Source of the DNA: Camelus dromedarius
Lineage: Eukaryota
NCBI RefSeq assembly: GCF_036321535.1
Contig: NC_087472.1
Span: 93,808,001-93,872,000 of the forward strand
DNA: 64,000 bases
Reading direction: 5' to 3'
A program made the position numbers and the translations under genes. Each line of letters starts with the position of its first letter. The stretch's first letter is position 1. This document shows positions 54,135 through 64,000 of the stretch, piece after piece. The notes under the pieces are model-generated. The model ran no database searches. It worked only from the letters and a program-made list of their open reading frames with translations, and had not been told where the DNA came from.

Positions 54135-56110
54135 TAAAATCTTTATGGGAAACCCTCAACATTACTGAACTTTACATTACTAAAATTCTGTAAACATCAA
54201 AACATTACTAAAATTCTGTAACATTAGCTGAAAAATCTGAATCCAAAAGCTTTCTCATGTGAGCTTATAAGTATTCAATACATAGCAAAGATGCTCAGTG
54301 TTACCATCTAGGAGAATTTAGTTCTATAAAAATCAAACTTGCCAAAATCTTAAAAAAACCAAAAAAAATGAACTAAAACCTGACTGATAACTTCTTAGCA
54401 GGAAAATTCTTAGTTTAGGGGGAGGAAACAGTTTGATAATCTAGTATTAATGTAATTTTGTTCCAAGTGTATGTATTAGAAACAACTGTTAACAGTGCAG
54501 CTGCAAAGCTTGTATTACCTGCCCAGTGGTCTGGCTATGGTTTTCTTTTTTCTGTTGTCTTCTTTGGAATAAAAATTTATGTTTATGTTTATGTGGAAGA
54601 TAGTCAACTGCAACAAAAGATAAAGATATTCACATTTCTGAAGATTTAACAGAAATTCAGCCTTATGAGTAATTGGAGGAAGTAACTTTTGGTGTGTGTT
54701 TTCATGAATAAAAAAGGAAGCTGGATTCAAAATTTGCAGTTGTTAATGTGATTTTGTTGTTGTTGTTTAGATGAGAGATGCAAAGAATCAATCCAGTATT
54801 ATTCTATAAGAGCATTCTCTAAGACCTTGGGAGTGGGTAGAACAGAATGCTTTCAACTGCCTAGATTGTGAAAGATATTTGGAATTCATTTCCTGATTCA
54901 TTAATAAACTTATGTTTGTCTTCAGAGCAGCAAGTAGGTTTCAAAGTGTAATCTACAAAGACTATCATACAAAAAATAGTGCTGAATGAGGTGACACTCA
55001 ATAGCTAGAAACCATTTTGGATAATTTTTAAAGAAAAAGTTATGTAAAAAGTTATGTTATTCCACATAAAGTACATGAAATTTTTTCCTATAAATATGGG
55101 TGTGATTTGAAAGGTACTTTATTAAAGAGTGAATACAAGTGAATTTCTAACAGTAAGTTGTAGCAAAGAATTAAGAGGTTTTATTTTTAGAGGAGCAGGT
55201 TAGCTAGGTCCATTTTTCCTGGAATTGCTTAAATTGAAGCAGTTTCTCCTGTTTGAAGCTTTTTGGGTTAATTTTAATTCTGACCATTGTTTGAACAAGA
55301 TAGGCTGTCTGAATAGTTTTCCAGAACAGAATTTATTTTGTATTAAAAATACCGGTGTCCTTGTTTTGAACCATTTGGTGATATTTATGGTGAACTATAC
55401 CATTCAGAAATTATAAAGTGACCCTGTAATTCCAAAAAGAAAAGAGACCATTTTAAATGTACTATTGTGCTCATAGGAGATACATTTTAGGCAAAACTAA
55501 GAGATTGTCGTGTAAGACTGCAAAAGTATATTCCTAAAAGAACAAATAGTCATTTCATCATCAAATATGAAGTTGGCTAAAGTGTGGAGATGACCTCAGG
55601 AGGTATAATCATACATTACTGAGGATGTGATACAGCAGGGAAAGTGCTTTTTCACATCTCTCAAGCCAGGCTAGTTAAATTAAATGTTGTAGTGGGATGA
55701 TTCACATTGTGAGAGCATGTCAAAAAAGACAGTTTGTTTGAAAAGTGTATCATGTTTTCCTTCCGATTAGACTGTCATGGGGCTTGTTGTCCATAGTACA
55801 CACATTTACATGCATCTGGAGAGTTTTCTTTTGAAAAAGTATACTTAACTCTTTGTTTTGGTAGGAGTAGTTCCAGTTCCTTAACAGAACAGCTATAAAC
55901 AACCAGATAGATAATAACAAGTTTTTGATGCTCTCTCTTCTTGTTCTTATGCCTTCAGCTAGTTTTCATCAACCATAAAAATGGACACTGTAGGAGAAAA
56001 AAATGAATATTTGCATTTCTTGCTGAATTGTCCCCATTGAGTGCATAAGGGAACACGAGGGAGGGCATAACTATAATGGGAAGTTAATTTAAAATAAATA
56101 AAATCAATTT
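54135..56110 (+). other. Putative 3'UTR of PPP4R3C with several AATAAA signals (~54568, ~54708, ~54903, ~56093-56102)
   Basis: AT-rich stretch after the TAG-TAA stops with no recognised repeats; true 3' end cannot be determined. Confidence 0.4.
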
Positions 56111-57775
56111 TAAAAGAAGAAAGGAAGAAAAGAAAAAAGAGCAGGCATTCTCTTGAGCTGTGTAACCTCTGTGAGCCCTTTTCTAGTCTCAGCAACTTAA
56201 TGTTAGGGAAACAACGTGACAAGCAAAATAGTGCAAAGGCAAATTGCCCATCCGATGGCATAACCTACTATTAAGGGAACATTTAAGAGAACAACAAAAC
56301 ACAGACGAGCAATCGTTACTATCTGCACACGGAGTAAAAAATTGACCAAAATGTTCAGTCTCTCTAGAGACTGTGTGTGAGAAGATACCATGTCAAAAAT
56401 GTTTCCTTTCCTCTTTTAAGTTTTTGTAAGTAATTTTAAAAAGACTCGTAAGTGGATAATTTATGAAAAGAAGAAACAGTTTGGAATAGTCCTGTATTTA
56501 CAACAAAATTCAGGTTAGCATATTTGGAGAGGTGCCCTGGGTTTGTCAAGGTCTTGACTTTAAATATGTGACTTCCAGTCATCTTTATGGCTTAGTGACT
56601 TTCTAAACACAACAACAAGGAAAGGGTGATGGCGCAGATAAAGCAAAAGCTTTCTATTCAAACAGCCCTTGGTGACAATGCAGGCTCTGATGCTTACCAG
56701 TTTCACAGCCTTAGTTTATTTTCTTCTCTAGCTGCTATCTCTCCATCTTGCCTTAAAAATTAGAAACTATACATAAATAACCCAGAACATATTTAGTACT
56801 CAACAAATAGCTTTTAAAGCTCATTATCAGCAGCAGCAGCAGCATAATCATTTCCAAGAAGTTGGAGGATAAAGCCAAGTATAAGCACTTATATCACAGG
56901 TTATGTTCGTAAATCAATAATCCTATATTCTGAATCAAATTGATAGCAACATGATACATTAAAAACTAATGAGTTCAGTCCTGGTTGGCAGACAAATCTA
57001 TGTGTATGCATTGTGCTCTGCAGAGACACAACTGGAATAAAAAGAGTAAAAGTAGAGAGAAAAATAAACCTTCATAGCAATGAAGACACTTGGGTGGAGT
57101 GGTGTCTGGGGTGTTCACCAAGGAATGAGAGATGTCAGAAGTGAAAAGTGAAATTGAAATTTGAAAAGTAGGAGGGAAGGTGGGAAGGGTATCGTAGTTT
57201 TGTAAAAGTGGCAAGAGTCACTAAGTCCTACTCCTCCATCCTATCCCAGCAAGCAGGGTAATCAACTCGAATGTATCCCGAGATAACAGACTGGATGTTC
57301 TTTCCCCAGAGCAACTGAGATAACAGGCAAAGCTGAGGGTCCTGACATGGATGTTGTTGCCCCAGAATTAAGCCATTCTCTTTGAGGTGTTGGAGGATCC
57401 AAGATGCTGAAAGCTTGCCACCCTAAGGTGCAAGTCAGTGCTTTCAGGAGAGAGACATGTTAATGCCTGGCTCCCACCCAAGAAGTACAATCTCAAGATC
57501 ACAAATGTTACCCATGGAAAGAAAGTCTTTACAACTGGCAGGTCCATCAGGTGGTCACAACATCAGCCAGGGAACACTGGTTGAGAATGCTAGCAGGTGA
57601 GCCTTAAAGTTCCAGATTCAGTTAAAATAACTGAGCCTCGTCCTTGTTTTGGAAGGTCTACTACGTGCAGTCAATCCAATTGTCTTGTTTGTCCATGTCA
57701 CCAGCATGGTGCTGTGACCTTAGTTCACCCCATGGAATGACTGAGATTGAGAGTGAGGATGACATTCAAAGAGGG

Positions 57776-57799
57776 GTGTGTGTGTGTGTGTGTGTGTGT
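57776..57799. repeat. (GT)~12 microsatellite
   Basis: Direct reading. Confidence 0.9.
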
Positions 57800-58383
57800 T
57801 AGTTATCATCCCCTGTTTCTCCTGATAGATCTCTCGGTAAGGTTAAGGGGAATGGTGGTCAGAGCTGCCTGTCTGGGGATGACAGACTTAGCAGTCAGTT
57901 AAACTGAAGGTGCCTGCAACAGTTTGAGAGAGCTGTACCAGAATGTTTTCCTTGGGGAGGAAGTCTCCAGAGGCAGTTCTGAACTACAAAGACCATTAAT
58001 GCTCCTTCCTCCCCTGTGCAACCTTAGGTGCTGGGTCGTTGCTCTTCCTCCATCTCCACAACACCTGAGTGTCCCTTTCTATTAACTATAACTTTGTCCT
58101 TTTTTTAGTCATTTCTTACTCTCACCCCCACTTTTCATCTAGAAGGATCAAGTGTGAGGGGGACAAGGACGTTTGTATAAAACCAGAATTAAGTTTGAAT
58201 CATGTAGGTCCCAACTTTGCCAGGCTGCTGCCATAGGGTATACCAAGCCTGGTCTGGGGAAAGAAATGTGCATCATGCCTAGGAATGGTCAGGACAGAAC
58301 CCTGCATTTTCAAAAGAGGAAAGTCAATATAATTTCCCAGCCCTTTAGTCCTGATTTAATGACCAAATTGCTTTACCCGGATG

Positions 58384-58598
58384 TAGGGCTTCTCAGCCTC
58401 ACCATGGTTGACATTTTGGGCCAGATCTTTCATGGTTGTAGGAGGCTTTCCTGTGCACTGCAGGATATTTAGCAGCATTCCTGACATCTACCCACTAGAT
58501 GCCAGCAGCATACCCTCAGCTGTGACAACCAAAGATGTATCTGGAAGATGCTAAATATTCCTCAAGGGGGCAAAATCACCCTCGACTGTGAACCACTA
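58384..58598 (-). mobile_element. MER20 (hAT-Charlie non-autonomous DNA transposon), near full length
   Basis: ttgacattttgggccagat...tttagcagcattcctgacatctacccactagatgccagcagca...gggggcaaaatcacc...gaaccact is the reverse complement of the recalled MER20 consensus; ~215 bp. Confidence 0.92.
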
Positions 58599-58908
58599 AT
58601 CTGAAGTTGTGTGAAGCTTGATTCTAGGATTTCTTTTACTTTGTGGATATTGAGTCCACATTCTCTAGGCTGTCATCATCTCTTTTTACCCTCTACCTGA
58701 AAGGGCTGAGTACATACAAGGGTAAGGTGCATACCACACTTTTCTAAGAAGAGAATGGTCTTTGCTTGGACTTACAGAGATTCCAGTTCTGCTTTTCATT
58801 ACAGGTGTAACCATGACATCCTGGTTGACACCTCTAATCTAAGTTTTCTTATCTGTAATGTAATTCAACTCCGGATGACTGGTTCTCCGTGGTTATGGCT
58901 AACAACAC

Positions 58909-59290
58909 TGTTATGACTGAACTCTGTCTCCCAAAATTCATATGTTGAAGTCCTAACTCCCAGTATCTTATATGGGACTATATTTGGAGATTGAGTCTTA
59001 AAAGATACAATTAAAATGTGGTCATTGGGGTGGACCTAACTCCAATATAACTGGTGTCTTTAGAAGAAAGAAATTTGGACACAGACATACACGCAGAGGG
59101 AAGACCATGTGAAAACGCAGGGAAAAGATGGCCATCTACAAGCCAAGGAGAGATGCCTCAGAAGAAACCAGCTCTGCTGATACCTTCATCTTGGGCTTCT
59201 AGCCTCTAGAACTATTAGAAAACAAATTTCTATTGTTTAAACCACTTAGTCTGTGATACTTTGTAATCGCAGCCTTAGCAAACTAATACA
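58909..59290 (+). mobile_element. MaLR solo LTR, MLT1B-like
   Basis: tgttatgactgaact..ccaaaattcatatgttgaagtcctaact...gatggccatctacaagccaaggagag...gcaaactaataca; 5-bp TSD aacac/aatac. Confidence 0.92.
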
Positions 59291-59389
59291 AATACATAAT
59301 AGGAATAAGTTTTGTGAAGATTAAAGAATGTGTATCTCAATATCACATATTTATTATGATAAAGAGTTTGAAAATGAGATATGACAATA

Positions 59390-60055
59390 GCTATTCTTTA
59401 CTGAGTATGTATTATACGTCAGGCACACTTTCCTAGGCAACATACCTACATTATTTCTAATTTTACAATAAACCTGCAAGGTTGATGTGATGGCCATGAG
59501 ACTGCATTTTGTAGAGAGGGAGTATGATTGAGTGAAATGAAGGGCCCCAGCCTCTGCCCTGCAACCATTGCCCCAGTTTCTCCCAGGCCGTGCTTCCTAG
59601 GGGCTGTCCCCAACCAGTGGTTAGCATGGCGGGGGTACTAAAGCAGGCTCGTTTCTAGAAAAAGAGAAACTCTTCTGACTGGCAACTATGACTTGAGAAC
59701 TTTTTGAAGGCCTTCCTGAACATTATTTAGACTCCATAGTGATCTAGGATGCTGCCATCACTCCCTCTGCTTTACTTGGGGTCAGAGCGTGCCACATTCT
59801 GACAGCTCTTCCAACTTCCTCCAGCTTGCTGTCCATTGCCTCTCATTAGCTTTCCCCCTAACAAAATCCTTGCATGCTAAATCTTCTCAAAATGGCTACT
59901 TCTTGGAGAACCTGGACCAACACAGTATGTATTGTGACTCTATATTAGAGGAGAAGCAGAGGCACACAAGTGTTTTCCCAGAATTGTATCACTGGTACTA
60001 GTGAGACTGGATTCAGGTGTTTGTCTGACTCCATAGACTGAGCTCATTCTCCTAC
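59390..60055 (-). mobile_element. MIR SINE split by an LTR16-like element
   Basis: ttactgagtatgtattatacgtcaggcac...aaacctgcaagg; resumes gaggagaagcagaggcaca...caggtgtttgtctgactcca. Confidence 0.65.
59510..59923 (+). mobile_element. ERVL solo LTR, LTR16B-like
   Basis: tgtagagaggg...gcatggcgggggtactaaagcaggc...aaatccttgcatgctaaatc...ctacttcttggagaacctggaccaacaca. Confidence 0.78.
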
Positions 60056-61529
60056 ATATAATGTGTTCTGAAATATATGATGAAAGTACTTTAGGCATTA
60101 AAACCATTATATATACCAACCATATATATTTATTAATAATAAAGTAGAAATCTGAAATCAATATCAGGTCTATCAACAGTCTATGTACCTAAATAGTAAC
60201 AGTGTCTTTCTGCTTGACCCATGCTTTCAAAGGTCATGTTAAGTTAACGCTGCTTGAATTCTCCTCCACAGAAACACAGTACTCTGCAAACCACTGTCAT
60301 CACACCACAGGAATTGCTAAAGAGGTGACTAGTGAAATTTTCCCTCTTGCCTCGTAGATCAAGAGAAATAAAATAGCTAACTTTCACTATGTGTCAAGCA
60401 TCATGCTACTAAGTATTTTATATGTATGGTGGAATACTTTGGCATTAACAATGGAGGTCCATATCACCACTTCTCATGCATTTGCCCGTTCTAGAATTTA
60501 GTTGCTAATCTGAGAAAAATGTTGGATATAGAGGCTTACTCAATTTACTGAGATTAAATTTCAGCCTCATTGAAGAATGGAGTCTTGAAATAGAAATTAT
60601 GTCCAAGTATCCACAGCTGGAAATTAAACACTTTGCATTTCTAAGTGGATAGACTGAGTTTCCTAACAAGTAGACTTGGGACAACTCATTTTCGTTTCTA
60701 TCTTTCTGTTGATTTCCTTCAGTGCTTGTTTCCCTTTCCCCCTTTATTGCTTTGCAAGGTATTCTTTCCATTCCAATCTGTTAGATAGATACCTTTAAAT
60801 TGTAACATGCACACTTTATTTTACAAAGACTAAATATAACAGTCTATCCTTCCCTGGGATAATTAAAGGAAATTTGTTTCATATCCATCATCTCTCTTTA
60901 GTATTATATGTGATTGCTGTTTTACTATATTTGACACTCTAAACTGTTTTTACTAGAACGTTTTTTGGTCTCCAAAATTTTGGAATCAGAAGCAAAACAA
61001 ATTTGAAATACATTTCCTGCCCCCACTGCAATGACTAAGTTAAGCAATTGTGCATGTAATATTTGGAGAAAACTGCAGAAAACTACTTCTGTTGGAGAGT
61101 TACTAGGGCAACCCTTTAGATAAGGAGAACATATGAATGGGCTGAGGAGCCTGATAAACTACCCAATAATACTGCGATGTTTCTGTGTACACATTTTCAG
61201 AGATACTTTACCAAATCTGAAGAGTGCTTTAGTCTATTACATTTGGCAGTGGAGAATATACAGTACTTTTGGTGTATTCCCAAAGATAGTGAAATATCAA
61301 AAAAACAGTAGATTTATTTCATACCCGAAATAAGATATTTTGGGGAAAACTATTCTTATTTTTCTCTGATTTGTCTATTGCTCTGTAATAAAATTTTGTA
61401 TGATTTCTGTTGATCCTAAATATGAGGATCATTTTCCTTATAAAATAGATTACATATTGTAGAGAAAATCACGCTATGTTAGAGTTTAGAAAATACATCA
61501 GTTTCCTTTAGATAAATACATTCTTGTTA

Positions 61530-61685
61530 TTTTTTTCAGTTTTACTGATTATATATAGTTGACATATAATATTGAATTTGTCTAGTGTGTACTGCATAAT
61601 GATTTGATATATGTATACATTGCAAACTGGTTACCACAGTAAGTTTAGGGAACATCAAACACCTCACATAGTTACAAATTCCTTT
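61530..61685 (-). mobile_element. L1 3'-terminal fragment (antisense)
   Basis: cataatgatttgatatatgtatacattgcaaactggttaccacagtaagttt...cacctcacatagttac. Confidence 0.8.
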
Positions 61686-62570
61686 ACACAAATACCTTTT
61701 TAATAATAGTGTTATGCATGATGGTTTTGTTTATCTTCACTAGTATGTCAGACATATGTGAAAAGTGTATTGCATGGGGTATGGGGTTAGAATGGCTGGG
61801 TTTGTGTCATTATTGAAGTACTTTCTACCTATCAAGCTTCAGATGATTCATATAACCTCTCTAAGTCTCAGGGTACTTATCCATAAAATGACACTTACGC
61901 TACCAATAACAATGTAGGTAAAATTATAATATTTTAAAATACCATGGGCATATTGATGAATATTTTCTACTTAGTCTGATTGTGTAGCAGTTTTTCTTTT
62001 ATACCTAACAACTAGTGTGGTTTCATTATTATTTCTCAAATAAAATATTATATCAAGGTATACAAATATATAATCCTATACTGATACCCTGAAATTATAC
62101 TGTAAGCAATGATTTTCAATAACTTCTTTATGTTTTTCTCCTTAAAGTATTCAACTTAGATGTAACAAAATTGGCACATTTTTCTTTTCATTTTTTTATT
62201 CTGTGTCTCTTAGAAATTTGTAAAATGATAATACATGAATCTAGTATTCCTATAAATATACCAACTAATAAGATTAAAATCTCCTTTTACTATTACCTGA
62301 AATCTAAGATCTGTCATTCCTGTATTTTTCTCAGGAGCTCAGCCTTCTCATTTTGATACACATTACTTTGGTGTTCCATGGATTTTATATAAATATACTC
62401 ATAACAAATTCACATTATAGCTATATGTGTATGTACATAAAATATATACTTTACTATGTAACACTAATAGACATTTACTCTTTGTGTTTTCCATTTTCCC
62501 TCCCTTTCCCTGAGAATTATTCTAAATTTCCCATGGGAAATTCAACTCCCAGTTCTTAACCAAGCACTTT

Positions 62571-63637
62571 TTTTGTATATATATATTTTTTACTGAAGTA
62601 TAGTCAGTTTACAATGTGTCAATTTCTTGTGTACAGCATGTTTCAGTCATACATGAACATACATATATTCATTTTCATATTCTTTTTCACCATAAATTAC
62701 TATGAGGTATTGAATATAGTTCCTTGTGCTATACAATATAAGCTTGTTGTTTATCTGTTTTATATGTATTAGTATCTGCAAATCTCAAACTCCCTTCCCA
62801 CCCCCTTTCCCCCATGGTAACTGTAAGTTTGATTTCTACTTCTGTGAGTCTGTTTCTGTTTTATATATAAGTTCATTTGTCTTCTTTTTTTTTTTTTTTT
62901 TTTTTTAGATTCCACATGTGAGTTATATCATATGGTGTTTTTCTTTCTCTTTCTGGTTTACTTCACTTAGAATGACAATCTCCAGGTCCATCCATGTTGC
63001 TGAATATATTATTATTTTTCATGGATGAGTAGTATTCTATTATATAAATATACCACAGCTTCTTTATCCAGTCATCTGTCAATGGACATTTAGGTTGTTT
63101 CTGTGTCTTGGCTATTGTAAATAGTGCTGCTATGAACATCAGGGTGCATGTATCTTTTTGAATTAAAGTTCCCTCTGGATATATGCCCAGTGGGATTGCT
63201 GGATCATATGGTAAGTCTATATTAGGTCTTTTGAGGAATCTCCATACTGTTTTCCATAAGGGCTAAACCAAACTACATTCCCAACAGCGTAGGAGGGTTC
63301 CCTTTTCTCCACAGCCTCTCCAGCATTTGTTGTTTGTGGACTTTTGAATGGTAGCCATTCTGACTGGTGTGAGGTGATACCTCATTGTAGTTTTGATTTG
63401 CATTTCTCTGATAATTAGTGATACTGAGCATTTTTTGTGTGCCTATTGGCCATTTGTATGTCTTCCTTGAAGAATTGCTTGTTTAGGTCTTCTGCCAATT
63501 TTTGGATTGAGTTGCTTTTTTTTTTTTGTTATGAAGTTGTATGAGCTGTTTATATATCCTGGAAATTAAGCCCTCGCCTGTCTCATCTTTTGCAAATACT
63601 TTCTCCCGTACTGTAGGTTGTCTTTTTGTTTTGCTTT
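62571..63637 (-). mobile_element. Young 5'-truncated L1 (ORF2 end + 3'UTR) with 12-bp TSD
   Basis: Antisense L1 (gtgaggtgatacctcattgtagttttgatttgcatttctctga; gggattgctggatcatatggtaag); perfect TSD accaagcacttt at 62559-62570 and 63638-63649. Confidence 0.95.
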
Positions 63638-64000
63638 ACCAAGCACTTTGAATGAGACTGGCCCTACCCTATCGCCAGCCTCAGGGATATGTTAGAGTAT
63701 GTATTCCTTGATATTTGCCACTAATACATGGATAGACATACAACAAAGACAATGAAATGCTTAAGTTTCCAGGAATTCTACTCTCTTCTTCCATGAGAAC
63801 TGCTTGAGAAGATTCTCTTTGCTGCTGCATGCAAATGAGAAACATGTCGCTTTTGGAGCCAGTGGCAGCCATACTTTGAGAAGAAGACAAGAAACTAAGT
63901 GCAGAAAAAAAAAAAACAGTAACAATGAAGCAAGGCAGATAATTGTGTAGAGAGAAATCTGTTTACAACATTTAATCCCTAGATCAAGCTGCACCTGAAG

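Overview
AT-rich, repeat-dense eutherian genomic DNA. It is probably camelid, based on a Vic-1-type tRNA-derived SINE at ~48.9 kb. It is probably X chromosome, because the human orthologue of the one gene here is X-linked. The only intact protein-coding gene is an intronless PPP4R3C/SMEK3-type retrogene (ORF 51555-54134, +), which has a CpG-richer 5' end and an in-frame 79-codon upstream extension. The rest is LINE-1 of several ages, L2, MIR, MaLR/ERVL LTRs, MER20 and microsatellites. Unusual structures: (i) a processed RIC1 5' fragment fused directly to L1 ORF2 (28.7-30.6 kb); (ii) a 922-bp TSD-flanked insertion of non-genic composite sequence whose tail has become a 310-bp GAAA/GGAA microsatellite (25.9-26.9 kb); (iii) an apparent ancient tandem duplication of a rearranged L1 mosaic (23-32.6 kb); (iv) a possible two-LTR MLT1 provirus (0.7-3.0 kb). 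Repeat subfamily names come from recalled consensus motifs, and repeat boundaries are approximate. No database search was run. I found no evidence for a new multi-gene system.
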